NCBI GenBank assembly: GCA_964654285.1
Contig: CAZZJC010000017.1
Coordinates: 16,527-80,526 of the forward strand
Direction: 5' to 3'
DNA from: an uncultured Candidatus Kuenenia sp.
GTDB lineage: Bacteria > Planctomycetota > UBA11346
DNA length: 64,000 nucleotides
Part shown: positions 9,802-19,138 of the stretch, one piece after another
Position numbering within the stretch: position 1 is the first letter of the stretch
Layout of the letters: each line of letters begins with the position of its first letter
Position numbers and translations under genes: made by a program
The notes under the pieces: generated by a model
What the model was told of the DNA's origin: nothing
The model's input: only the letters and a program-made list of their open reading frames with translations
The model's database searches: none

Positions 9802-10955
9802 AAGATCTCCGGCCCTACTGGTTCTGGATCGTCGCCGGCCTGCTCATCCTCGCCGGCCTGGTCCTGCCCTTCGTCCTCGAACCGACCGAGAACGGCAAGA
9901 CCGCCTCCGAGGCCGCCAGGGCCCTCACCACCATGCATGGCAGGCTCAAGGATCTGCGCGCCCGGGCGGAAAAGGATCCGATCGCGGTCTTCAATCCCAT
10001 GGACCGCCGCGACCAGGACGAACTGCTCAACAAGTACCTGGTCACCACGCGCTGGATCGAGATGGATCCGACCATCGAGCGCTATCGCGCGCAGCGCCAG
10101 ATCATCCTGGAGCACCTGGGCAAGCGGTCGGCGGCGTTGGGCGTCGATCTGACCGAGAAGACCGATCCCAACGAATGGAAGGACGCCTACGAGAAGGAGA
10201 CCGCCGAGTTCCTGCTCACGCTCTTCAAGGCCGGCAGCATCGTCCTGCCCGGCTTCCCGGCCAACGGCCTGGCCCCGGTCGACAAGGATCTCAAGGAAAA
10301 AGGCGAACTCCGCATGATCGCCGGCCTGGAGACCTATTCCGGCGATGTCGCCGGCATGACTTCGCGCTGGCCGGAACTGCGATTGAAGTTCCGCATCCTG
10401 CAGACCCTGGGCGCACGCATCATGCCGACCACCGGGACGGTGAAGCCCAATCCCGTGCTCGATGCCCAGCCCCGATTGTCCAAGGAAGCCGTGACGGCCC
10501 AGGCCAGCATCCAGCAGGTCACCTGGAAGGAGCTCTCGGCGAAGGCGGCCGATCCGGAACTCGCCAACATCGCCACCATCACCACGCTCGAACTCAAGCT
10601 GATCGGCGCGCCCGCCGCCCTGACCGCCACCCTCGCCGCCATCGAGCGCAACGACGAGTCCCAGCCGGTGATCGCCGTCATCGGCGCTGAACTGCAGCGC
10701 CGTGAGGATTTCAGGGACAAAGAGCGCCTGGACGTCGATTACGAGACCGCGATCGCCACCCTCCAGATCGCGGTGATCGACTTCAGCAAGGGCGGCACCA
10801 GGAATGACGGCGGTTCATCCGCCGGCCGCGCTCCGGCGGCGCCAAGGCTCCCGTCCGGTCCTGCGCCCGCAGGAACGTTGCCCGGCATGACCCCGCCGGG
10901 AGCGCCGCCCACGATCCCACCGCCCGGTCCCGGCAAGACGGGAGGACAGCCATGA
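9798..10955 (+). CDS. Membrane-anchored hypothetical protein in PilO position, Pro-rich tail
   Basis: GTG 9798 overlaps the pilM TGA and follows AGGAGG; N-terminal TM helix; PilO assignment is positional only. Confidence 0.7.
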   Translation: MKDLRPYWFWIVAGLLILAGLVLPFVLEPTENGKTASEAARALTTMHGRLKDLRARAEKDPIAVFNPMDRRDQDELLNKYLVTTRWIEMDPTIERYRAQRQIILEHLGKRSAALGVDLTEKTDPNEWKDAYEKETAEFLLTLFKAGSIVLPGFPANGLAPVDKDLKEKGELRMIAGLETYSGDVAGMTSRWPELRLKFRILQTLGARIMPTTGTVKPNPVLDAQPRLSKEAVTAQASIQQVTWKELSAKAADPELANIATITTLELKLIGAPAALTATLAAIERNDESQPVIAVIGAELQRREDFRDKERLDVDYETAIATLQIAVIDFSKGGTRNDGGSSAGRAPAAPRLPSGPAPAGTLPGMTPPGAPPTIPPPGPGKTGGQP

Positions 10956-12805
10956 GCGCCCGCGACCTCATGATCGCCCACGGCGAGAAACTGGCCCTGG
11001 TACTGATCGCCGGCTTCGCCAGTTGGCAGGTGTATTCCGTCTACACCAACTCCGATCTGCGACCGGGCACCGAGAAGAACGAACTCTCGAAGCAGAAGAT
11101 CCAGGACGACATCGACTACGTCAAGAAACGCCGCGCCGATCTCTCGGTCCCCAAGCTCGAACCACCACCGCCGTTCCTGGAGCAGTTGCAGGCCCGTATG
11201 GGGGTGAAGATCGAGGCGGGGGAATTGCCGGCCTTCCTCACCGTCCATCCCGACCTGCCGCCGGTCACCGAACGCACGGTCTTCCCTTACCTCTACCAGG
11301 TTCTCCCGGTCGAGGTCGCTGCAACCGACCGGCTGGGTGCGGTGGAACTCCTCTTCGCGATGCCGGAATCCAAGGATGTGGACGCGACCAAGCGCTACTC
11401 CGACGCACCTGTCGCGACCTGGAAGCGCAATGACCGTGGGATCATCATCAACAAGGCCCAGCGCGAGGCGATCCAGGTCGAGGTCTCGGCCGGCGACAAG
11501 CCCTGGCGTCCGGTGCAGGGTGCCGGGGTCAGCAAGGACGGCATCATCCCGCTGGCGCAGCTCAAGAAGGACAAGGACGGCAGGCTCAAACTGAAGCTCG
11601 AAGACGTCGAGACCTGGTCCGAGCACAAGTTCCGCACCCGGTTGATCGTGCGCGCCACCGGCATGCCGCTGCCGCCTACCGAGGAAGTCCTCAAGGGTGG
11701 CGTGCCCGGCAGCATCCTGGTCTATCCGGGGCGCTATGCAGACGACGACAAACCTGAGAAGAAAGACCTCAACACTTGGCACCAGTGGCTGCGCGACAAG
11801 CCGGCGTTCGTGCAGAAATTCCTCACCGGCAGCACGGAGGTCCAGGTTCCTGGCACCGCCCTGGTGAAGGGCGAACGCTACTACTTCAGCGAACCGACAG
11901 TGTCTGAACCGGTGATGGTGACGTCGAAGCTGCGCTTCGTGCTCAAGGCCGGCCGGCGCGATGCCAACGCCAATGAAGGAGGCACCGAGCACAAGGCGAC
12001 CATTCTGCTAACCGCCCTCATCGAAAAGGACGGAGCCAAGGATGGAGAAGGCTCCTTGTGGCTGAAGAAACCAATCACCTATAACCTCAAGGTCGGAGAC
12101 ACGCTCGGAAAGTCAGAGACCCCGCCAAGTCCCTTCGATGACAGGGCGATTGCCGTCGATCTCACCACGCCATTCGTGGTCACCGCGGTGGAGGACGTCA
12201 GGCGCGTCCTGTACTGGGAGGTCAAGGTCAAATCCCGTACGGGTGGTGGCAAGGAACTGTCCTACGTCGGCAAGGAACAGAAATCGGTCGAGGTCACCTT
12301 GACCAATCCCAAAACCGGCCAAGTCGTGAAGTTGACGCCCCTGCTCAACATCCCACCGCCAGCGGGCAAATCATTTGCCATCTATCCGAAACAGATGGGT
12401 GAGGGTTGCAACGAAGAGGCGATCTTCCTCAAGGATCCACCCAGTTTCCGCAGCTTCGGCGTGCGGCCGATCGAGCCCAAGACCTGGGAGAAGGACCAGG
12501 GCCCGCTGCCCAAGCTCGCCGAGAGCATCGCCAAGAGGAACCCGGCGATCGCCACGCGCTACACCACTGACACCACCTACCTCGAACTCGCCGACGGCCG
12601 GATCATCTACTACTCGCCGGTGCTGAAGGAGGTCCAGGTGTGGCCGGAGGAGAAGGAGAAGCCGAAACCGGTGGAGCCCCCGAAGCAGGCAGAGCCGGCG
12701 AATCCGCCGGTTGGAGGGACGCCGCCGCCGGTCCCGGTCCAGCCGAAGAACCATCAGGGACCAACGCCGCCGCCAGGCAAAACGACTCCCACCCGCCCAA
12801 GGTAG
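10952..12805 (+). CDS. Membrane-anchored hypothetical protein, third gene of the pilM operon, Pro-rich C-terminus
   Basis: ATGA overlap with the previous gene; N-terminal TM helix; beta-rich body. Confidence 0.75.
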   Translation: MSARDLMIAHGEKLALVLIAGFASWQVYSVYTNSDLRPGTEKNELSKQKIQDDIDYVKKRRADLSVPKLEPPPPFLEQLQARMGVKIEAGELPAFLTVHPDLPPVTERTVFPYLYQVLPVEVAATDRLGAVELLFAMPESKDVDATKRYSDAPVATWKRNDRGIIINKAQREAIQVEVSAGDKPWRPVQGAGVSKDGIIPLAQLKKDKDGRLKLKLEDVETWSEHKFRTRLIVRATGMPLPPTEEVLKGGVPGSILVYPGRYADDDKPEKKDLNTWHQWLRDKPAFVQKFLTGSTEVQVPGTALVKGERYYFSEPTVSEPVMVTSKLRFVLKAGRRDANANEGGTEHKATILLTALIEKDGAKDGEGSLWLKKPITYNLKVGDTLGKSETPPSPFDDRAIAVDLTTPFVVTAVEDVRRVLYWEVKVKSRTGGGKELSYVGKEQKSVEVTLTNPKTGQVVKLTPLLNIPPPAGKSFAIYPKQMGEGCNEEAIFLKDPPSFRSFGVRPIEPKTWEKDQGPLPKLAESIAKRNPAIATRYTTDTTYLELADGRIIYYSPVLKEVQVWPEEKEKPKPVEPPKQAEPANPPVGGTPPPVPVQPKNHQGPTPPPGKTTPTRPR

Positions 12806-12880
12806 GCAGCGGGTTCACCTCTGCGCAGCGCAGGCGCGGGTGCGGTTGCCCTGTCTCTGCTGCACGCCACGCTGCCGCGC

Positions 12881-13621
12881 ATGACTGCGTTCAGCGCCAA
12901 TCTCAACAAGATCGCCCTGCTGCGGAACACCCGCGATTGCGGGTATCCCTCGCTCGAATCCGCGGCGCGCTGGTGTCTCGATGCCGGCGCGCACGGGATC
13001 ACCGTGCATCCCAGGCCGGATCGCCGCCACACCCGGCCCGCCGACGTGACGCTCCTGCGCGCCCTGACGCGCAGCCGCAAGGTCGAGTTCAACATCGAAG
13101 GCTTTCCCGACGAATCGTTCCTCGGCCTGGTCATCGCGAACCGGCCGGACCAGTGCACCCTGGTGCCGGATGAACCGGACCAGCGCACCAGCGACCATGG
13201 CTGGGACTGCGCCCGGCACCAGGAACTGCTCACCCGCGTCTGCACGCGGCTCAAGGCGGCCGGCATCCGGGTGTCGCTGTTCATCGACCCCGAACCCGCC
13301 GCCGCCGCCCAGGCCGCCGCGGCGGGCGCCGACCGGGTCGAGCTCTACACCGAGCCCTACGCCCTGGCGCATCCGACCAGCGATCGCGCGGCGGTGCTGG
13401 CGCGCTACCGCGCCACCGCCGAGGCTGCGACCCGTGCCGGCCTGGGCATCAACGCCGGCCACGACCTGAACCTCGCGAACCTCGGCGAATTCCTCGCCAC
13501 CGTGCCCAAGGTCGAAGAGGTCTCGATCGGCCACGCGCTGGTCAGCGACGCGCTCGAACTCGGCATGCCCGAGGCCGTGCGCCGTTACGTCGCGATCTGC
13601 ACCGGCCAGGAAACGCGATGA
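12881..13621 (+). CDS. pdxJ: Pyridoxine 5'-phosphate synthase
   Basis: SANLNKIALLRN, GITVHPRPDRRH, EFNIEG, QCTLVPD, RVSLFIDP, ELYT, NAGHDL, EVSIGHAL. Confidence 0.95.
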   Translation: MTAFSANLNKIALLRNTRDCGYPSLESAARWCLDAGAHGITVHPRPDRRHTRPADVTLLRALTRSRKVEFNIEGFPDESFLGLVIANRPDQCTLVPDEPDQRTSDHGWDCARHQELLTRVCTRLKAAGIRVSLFIDPEPAAAAQAAAAGADRVELYTEPYALAHPTSDRAAVLARYRATAEAATRAGLGINAGHDLNLANLGEFLATVPKVEEVSIGHALVSDALELGMPEAVRRYVAICTGQETR

Positions 13622-14835
13622 GCGATCGCGCCGAACCCCGCGCCGGGATCGCGGCCGAACTCGCTGAGATCGCCGCCGAGGGCCGTCTGCGCCAACGGCC
13701 CGTGCTCGATTCAGCCTGCGACCGCACCATCGTCCTGGTCGACGGCAAACGGAAACGGCTGATCAACTGGGCCGCGAACGACTACCTCGGCGCAAGCCAG
13801 GAGCTCATCGTCCGCAACGGCGCCTTCCGCGCCCTGCGCTCGTACGGAGCCGGTTCGGGTTCGGCGCGGCTGCTCGCCGGCGGCCTGCGCATCCACCGCC
13901 AGTTCGAGCAGCGCATCGCGAAATTCCTCGGCACCCAGGACGCGCTTCTGACCACGACCGGCTTCCAGGCCAACCTCGCGGCGGTGGTGGCGCTCGCGGG
14001 CGATCCGCAGGATGCGATCGTGCTCGACCGCCTCTGCCATGCGTCGACCTACGACGGCGCGCGCCAGGCGGCGGGGCAGCTCCTGCGCTTCCGCCACAAC
14101 GACGCTGCCGATCTCGAACTCCAGCTCACCCGCTGCGCCTCGGCCCGGCGCATCCTGGTCTGCATCGAATCGGTGTACTCGATGGACGGCGATGAGGCGC
14201 CGCTCGCCGCGCTCGCCGCCGTCTGCCGCAGGCACCGCGCCCTGCTCCTGGTCGACGAGGCGCACGCCCTTGGCGTCCTCGGCCCCGGCGGACGCGGCCT
14301 GTGCGCCGAAACCGGCGTGCGGCCGGATCTCATCGTCGGCACCTGCTCGAAATCCCTGGGCAGCCAGGGGGGATTCATCGCCGCCGACCCCGAGATCGTC
14401 GAGCTGGTGGTGAACCGCGGCCGCAGCTTCATCTTCTCGACCGCGCCCTGCCCGGCCGCGATCGGCGCCGCGTATGCCGCTGTCGGCTGGCTCGTCGACC
14501 ATCCCGATCTGCCGGCCGCGCTGCAGCAGTCGATCCAGGAGCTGCGCCGCGGCCTGCGCGCGCAGGGCTGGGATGTGCCCGAGGGCCGCAGCGCGATCAT
14601 CCCGATCGTGGTCGGCGACGAGCAGGCCGCGCTCGCGCTCGCCCGGCGCCTGCGCGACCTCGGCCACCACTGCCCCGCGATCCGTCCGCCCACCGTGCCG
14701 GCCGGTTCGTGCCGCCTGCGGATCAGCGTGTCGCGCGCCCACACTGCCGCCGACAAGCGCCGGCTGCTCAAGGCGCTGGCGTCGGTGCGGGGCGAGCCAA
14801 CGGTTCCTTCGGGAAATGCGAAGGCCACGCCATGA
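13618..14835 (+). CDS. bioF: 8-amino-7-oxononanoate synthase (class II PLP aminotransferase)
   Basis: NDYLG, GSGSARLLAG, LCHAS, FRHND, ESVYSMDGD, VDEAHALG, TCSKSLG, AIRPPTVP. Confidence 0.9.
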   Translation: MSDRAEPRAGIAAELAEIAAEGRLRQRPVLDSACDRTIVLVDGKRKRLINWAANDYLGASQELIVRNGAFRALRSYGAGSGSARLLAGGLRIHRQFEQRIAKFLGTQDALLTTTGFQANLAAVVALAGDPQDAIVLDRLCHASTYDGARQAAGQLLRFRHNDAADLELQLTRCASARRILVCIESVYSMDGDEAPLAALAAVCRRHRALLLVDEAHALGVLGPGGRGLCAETGVRPDLIVGTCSKSLGSQGGFIAADPEIVELVVNRGRSFIFSTAPCPAAIGAAYAAVGWLVDHPDLPAALQQSIQELRRGLRAQGWDVPEGRSAIIPIVVGDEQAALALARRLRDLGHHCPAIRPPTVPAGSCRLRISVSRAHTAADKRRLLKALASVRGEPTVPSGNAKATP

Positions 14836-15362
14836 ACCCGCCCAGGAATCCAGGCTTGCTGCTCAACGAACAGGACGTTTTTGATCTTGCCACCGTATTC
14901 AGCGAGTCGCAGGTGCGTTACCTGATCGTCGGTGGTCTGGCCGTGGTCGCCCACGGCTTCACCCGCTTGACCATGGATGTCGATCTCGTGGTGGGGTTTG
15001 GCGACGGCAATGAGGAGCGTGCCATCACGGCGTTGAAGCGTCTCGGCTACCAGCCGCGCATACCGGAGGCCATCGAATCCTTCCTCGATTCCCAGAAGCG
15101 GAAGATCTGGTCCAGGGACAAAGACATGATCGTCTTCACGGTCTGGAAAGGGACCTCCGAGGTGGATCTCTTCCTGCAGGCGCCTTTCGATTTCGCGGCG
15201 GCCTATGCGGACGCCGTTTGGAAAGCTGGCGATGAAGCGGGATCGATCCACCTGCCATTCATTGATGTCCAACGCCTGATCGCCATGAAACAGACGGCGC
15301 AACGACCGAAGGATCTCGAGGACATCCGGAACCTCCGTTCGTTGTGGGGAGACAGACCATGA
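14832..15362 (+). CDS. Pol-beta-superfamily nucleotidyltransferase (DUF6036/AbiEii-like)
   Basis: VGGLAVVAHGFTRLTMDVDL and C-terminal LIAMKQTAQRPKDLEDI; ATGA overlap with bioF; codon usage less GC-biased than neighbours. Confidence 0.8.
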   Translation: MNPPRNPGLLLNEQDVFDLATVFSESQVRYLIVGGLAVVAHGFTRLTMDVDLVVGFGDGNEERAITALKRLGYQPRIPEAIESFLDSQKRKIWSRDKDMIVFTVWKGTSEVDLFLQAPFDFAAAYADAVWKAGDEAGSIHLPFIDVQRLIAMKQTAQRPKDLEDIRNLRSLWGDRP

Positions 15363-15586
15363 CCATGGATCCCCAGGAACTGGCGCAACGACGGCGCGAG
15401 GCGGACCTGCCGTTCTGGGTCAAGCTGCGCTGGATCGCCCAGACCTCGCGGCTGGTGCGACGGCTTCAGGCGGCTTCCCGGGTGGAACCTCCGGCATGGG
15501 CCAGAAGCGATCAACGTGTTACCACGTCCCCAGCAGTCTCAGCCGCCCCTGCCGCGCCGATTCTGTCCGCACCGCCGCCACGATGA
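15359..15586 (+). CDS. Small protein coupled to the nucleotidyltransferase (possible antitoxin-like partner)
   Basis: ATGA overlaps at both ends (15359-15362, 15583-15586); helical basic N-terminal half MTMDPQELAQRRREADLPFWVKLRWIAQTSRLVRRL. Confidence 0.5.
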   Translation: MTMDPQELAQRRREADLPFWVKLRWIAQTSRLVRRLQAASRVEPPAWARSDQRVTTSPAVSAAPAAPILSAPPPR

Positions 15587-17010
15587 TCGCGCCCGGAGCA
15601 TCCATGCCCGACCACCTCCTCGATCCCGCCACCTGCCAGCGCCTGCTGTCGGCGGCGCTGGAACGCGGCGGCGATTTCGCCGACGTCTTCGCCGAACGCT
15701 CCTCCAGCCGGTCGCTGGTGTTCGAGGAGCGCAAGGTGAAGGCGGCGAGCGAGCACCGCGGCCTCGGCGTCGGCATCCGCGTCGTCACCGGCGAGCGCAC
15801 CGGCTACGCCTACTGCGAGGAACTCGACGAGAAGACCCTGCTCGCCACGGCCCGGCGCGCGGCGGCGATCGCCAGCGGCGCACCGGCGACGCAGACCCCG
15901 TTGAGCGAGCGCGTCGGCCCGCCCGGCCGCTACCAGACGACCCGGCCGATGGCGGGCATCGGCGTCGACGAGCGCATCGGCCTGGTGCGCGGCGCCTGCG
16001 AACGCGCCTACTCCCGCGATGGCCGGATCTCGTGGGTCTCGGTCAGCCTGGGCGACCAGGAGCAACAGGTCACCATCGCGGCGAGCGACGGGACGTTCGT
16101 GTCCGACCGCAGGCCCCTGCTGCGCCTGGTCGTCTCGGCCTATGCCAGCGACGGGTCGCGCCGCGAGCACGGCTACGAGAACCTGGGCGGCCGCGCCGGC
16201 CGCGAACGCCTGGACGAGGCCGCCATCGAACGCACCGCCGACGAGGCCGTCCGCCGCGCCCTCCTGCTGCTCACCGCCGACGAGGCCCCGGCCGGCGAGA
16301 TGCCGGTGGTGCTCGGGCCCGGCAACTGCGGCGTGCTCATCCATGAGGCGGTCGGCCACGGCCTGGAGGCCGACTTCACCCGCAAGGGCGTGAGCTGCTT
16401 CAGCGGACGGATCGGCGAGATGGTCGCGAGTCCGCTGGTGAGCGTGGTCGATGACGGGACGATTCCGGGCGATCGCGGCGCGCTTGCCATTGACGACGAG
16501 GGCGTGCCGGCCGGGCGCACGGTGCTGATCGAACGCGGCAGGCTGGTCGGCTATCTCCAGGACCGCCTCTCGGCGCGCCTGACCGGGGCCGCCCTGACCG
16601 GCAACGGCCGGCGCGAATCCTACGCCCACGTGCCGATGCCGCGCATGCGCTGCACCTATCTCGCCGGCGGCGACGGCGACCCGGCCGACATCATCCGATC
16701 CGTGAAACGCGGCCTGTATGTCGCGGCCATCGGCGGTGGTTCAGTCGACATCACCAAGGGCGATTTCAACTTCACGGTCACCGAAGGGTACCGCATCGAG
16801 GATGGCCGGATCACCGTTCCGGTGCGCGGCGCCACCCTGATCGGCAACGGCCCGGAGGCGATGCGCCGGGTCGAACGCACCGGTCGCGACTGGGCCGTGT
16901 CCGCCGATGGCGGCACCTGCGGCAAGGAGGGCCAGGGTGCGCCGGTCAACGACGGCATGCCGACCACCCTCGTCGGCGCCCTCGTGGTGGGCGGAAAGGG
17001 GAAGCCATGA
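15583..17010 (+). CDS. tldD: TldD metalloprotease subunit
   Basis: GGDFADVFAE, GVGIRV, HEAVGHGLEAD (HExxxH), DDEG, GNGRRESY, PMPRM, CGKEGQ; start may be 15604. Confidence 0.92.
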   Translation: MIAPGASMPDHLLDPATCQRLLSAALERGGDFADVFAERSSSRSLVFEERKVKAASEHRGLGVGIRVVTGERTGYAYCEELDEKTLLATARRAAAIASGAPATQTPLSERVGPPGRYQTTRPMAGIGVDERIGLVRGACERAYSRDGRISWVSVSLGDQEQQVTIAASDGTFVSDRRPLLRLVVSAYASDGSRREHGYENLGGRAGRERLDEAAIERTADEAVRRALLLLTADEAPAGEMPVVLGPGNCGVLIHEAVGHGLEADFTRKGVSCFSGRIGEMVASPLVSVVDDGTIPGDRGALAIDDEGVPAGRTVLIERGRLVGYLQDRLSARLTGAALTGNGRRESYAHVPMPRMRCTYLAGGDGDPADIIRSVKRGLYVAAIGGGSVDITKGDFNFTVTEGYRIEDGRITVPVRGATLIGNGPEAMRRVERTGRDWAVSADGGTCGKEGQGAPVNDGMPTTLVGALVVGGKGKP

Positions 17011-18374
17011 CCGCCCGTTCCACCGCCCATCCGGATGCCGCCAGCGATCCTGAACGCGATGCGCTCGACCGTGCCGCCGACATCGGCCTTGCCACCCTGC
17101 GTGCGGCGGGCGTGGCCGGCGTCGTCTCGGTGGGCCGTTCAGACCATTGGCAGATCAAGGTGCGTGGCGGCGCGATCGAGACCGTGAGTTCGGCCGTGAC
17201 GCGCGGCCTGCGCATCACCGCCTATGCCGCCGGCAACCGCTGCGGCGCCTGCACCGCCAGCGACCTCGACCCGGCCTCCGTCACGGCGCTGGCCCGCCGC
17301 GCGGCCGAACTGGCCGCCTATGGCGATGCCGATCCCTGCGCCGGCCTGCCGGATGCGGGCGAATGCGGCCTCGCCAGCGGCGACCTGGAACTCGATGACC
17401 CCGCCGTCGCCGCGCTCGACCGCGACACCCTGGTCCAGACCGTGATCGCGGCGGAACGCGTCGCGCTCGCCCACGATCCGCGCATCCTCGCGTCGCACCG
17501 CAGCGGCGCGTCGTGCCGACGCGGCGAATCCGTCTTCGCGACCACCGACGGCGTGCGCAGCCGCCACGGCGGCACCAGCGTCGGCTTCCACGTCATCGTG
17601 GTGGCCGAGGCCGACGGTGAAAAGCAGCACGGCTGGTACGCGACCGCCGACCGCTTCCTGGCCGGGCTCAAGAGCGCCGAGGCGGTCGGTCGCGAGGCCG
17701 GCCGGCGCGCGGTGCAGCTCTACGGCTGGAAGGCCCCGCCCACCGGGCCGACCCGGGTGCTGCTGCACCGCGAGGCCGCCGGCGAACTGCTCGGGGCGGT
17801 CGCCCAGGCGGCGTCGGGTGGCCGCGTCTACCGCGGCGCGACCTGGCTGCATGACCAGCTCGGTCAGCGCATCGCCGCCGACACCGTCACCATCGTCGAC
17901 GACCCGCTCATCCCCCGGGCCCAGGGCAGCCGCCCCTGCGACGGCGAAGGCGTGCGCTCGCGCCGGGTCAACCTGGTCGAGAACGGCCGGCTGACGACCT
18001 TCCTGGTCGACGCCTACGCCGCGCGCCGGCTCAAGCACCCGTACACCGGGCACAGCGGCGGCACCGCGAACCTGAGTCTGCTGCCCGGCCCGGCCGGCTG
18101 GGATGAACTCGTGGCCGAACTCGGCACCGGCCTCATCGTCACCGAATTCCATGGCAACGGCGTCGATCTCGCGAGCGGCAGCTTCAGCAAGGGCGTCTCG
18201 GGCTTCTGGGTCGAGCACGGCCGCGTCGTGCACCCGGTGCAGGAGGCCACGGTCGGCGGCAACCTGCGCCAGCTGCTGCCCGGCATCCGCGCCATCGGCA
18301 ACGACCCCGAGGACCAGACCACCGTGTCGAGCCCGTCGCTGCTCATCGACGGCTTCACCGTCGGCGGGAAGTAA
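17007..18374 (+). CDS. pmbA: PmbA/TldE family subunit
   Basis: TldD paralog without HExxxH; DDPL, DGEG, GSFSKGVSGFWVE; coupled to tldD. Confidence 0.88.
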   Translation: MTARSTAHPDAASDPERDALDRAADIGLATLRAAGVAGVVSVGRSDHWQIKVRGGAIETVSSAVTRGLRITAYAAGNRCGACTASDLDPASVTALARRAAELAAYGDADPCAGLPDAGECGLASGDLELDDPAVAALDRDTLVQTVIAAERVALAHDPRILASHRSGASCRRGESVFATTDGVRSRHGGTSVGFHVIVVAEADGEKQHGWYATADRFLAGLKSAEAVGREAGRRAVQLYGWKAPPTGPTRVLLHREAAGELLGAVAQAASGGRVYRGATWLHDQLGQRIAADTVTIVDDPLIPRAQGSRPCDGEGVRSRRVNLVENGRLTTFLVDAYAARRLKHPYTGHSGGTANLSLLPGPAGWDELVAELGTGLIVTEFHGNGVDLASGSFSKGVSGFWVEHGRVVHPVQEATVGGNLRQLLPGIRAIGNDPEDQTTVSSPSLLIDGFTVGGK

Positions 18375-18411
18375 TTCCTGAACCGTTGGTCCAGGGTTGC
18401 GTTCTCTTGAT

Positions 18412-18969
18412 ATGAAGACGTTGTTTCTCGCTGCCTTGATTTCCTGGCAGGCGGGACAGGCGATTGACACCGATTCCGAACGGATGCCGGCCGAGATCAT
18501 GCCATCGATCGAGTTTGTTAAACGTGTCAATCCTGAGACAGGCGAGATGGCGTGCGCTCTGGTTCTTGAGAACACAGGTGGGACGACGAGACACTTCAAG
18601 ATTTGGGCTGATAAGGAAAAGCATCTGGAACTACTGCGGGAGAACTACATGCGGGTTGGCGTGGCAGCTCGGAATGGAGAAGAATCCGGCTGGGATGAGC
18701 CCATGGCCGAAGAGGTCGAGGTTCCTCCCAGGTCAACGCGGAAAATCCCATTCAACAGTGCTGTCATCAGCCGATCTTCTCTGCGCACCGGCGATCGCTT
18801 CAGAGTCGTGTTCAAGTATGATCTGCGCTTGCTGAATTATGAAAACCATGTGGTTCTTGGGAATTCCTCAATAAACCCCGTCATCTACTGGAGCGTCTTC
18901 CAGCCAATCTTCGTTTTGGGTGCCGATGGAATCCCTTGGTTGGCACGATCAATTAATCCTGCGAAGTGA
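18412..18969 (+). CDS. Hypothetical exported protein, atypical low-GC composition
   Basis: 185-aa ORF in visibly AT-richer DNA; MKTLFLAALISWQAGQA signal-like start. Confidence 0.6.
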   Translation: MKTLFLAALISWQAGQAIDTDSERMPAEIMPSIEFVKRVNPETGEMACALVLENTGGTTRHFKIWADKEKHLELLRENYMRVGVAARNGEESGWDEPMAEEVEVPPRSTRKIPFNSAVISRSSLRTGDRFRVVFKYDLRLLNYENHVVLGNSSINPVIYWSVFQPIFVLGADGIPWLARSINPAK

Positions 18970-19011
18970 GGTGGATTGACTGGAGTTCAAAATTCACCTG
19001 TTACCCCCGGC

Positions 19012-19118
19012 ACCCCGACGCAGGTCAGGTACACCACCGCCTGCTCGCGCGGGATGCCGAGCTGGTCGGTGATGTGGTCGTCGAAGAAGCCGCCGATCCC
19101 GCTCGCGCCGAGTCCGGC
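19012..19118. repeat. 107-bp direct repeat, copy 1 (displaced 3' fragment of the SagB-type gene)
   Basis: Matches 22958-23064 at 106/107 positions (gggaTgccga vs gggaCgccga). Minus strand reads ...GFFDDHITDQLGIPREQAVVYLTCVGV, continuing PGVTGEF to a TGA at 18987-18989. Confidence 0.95.
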
Positions 19119-19138
19119 ATCAGGGGGTCCGTCGCGTG

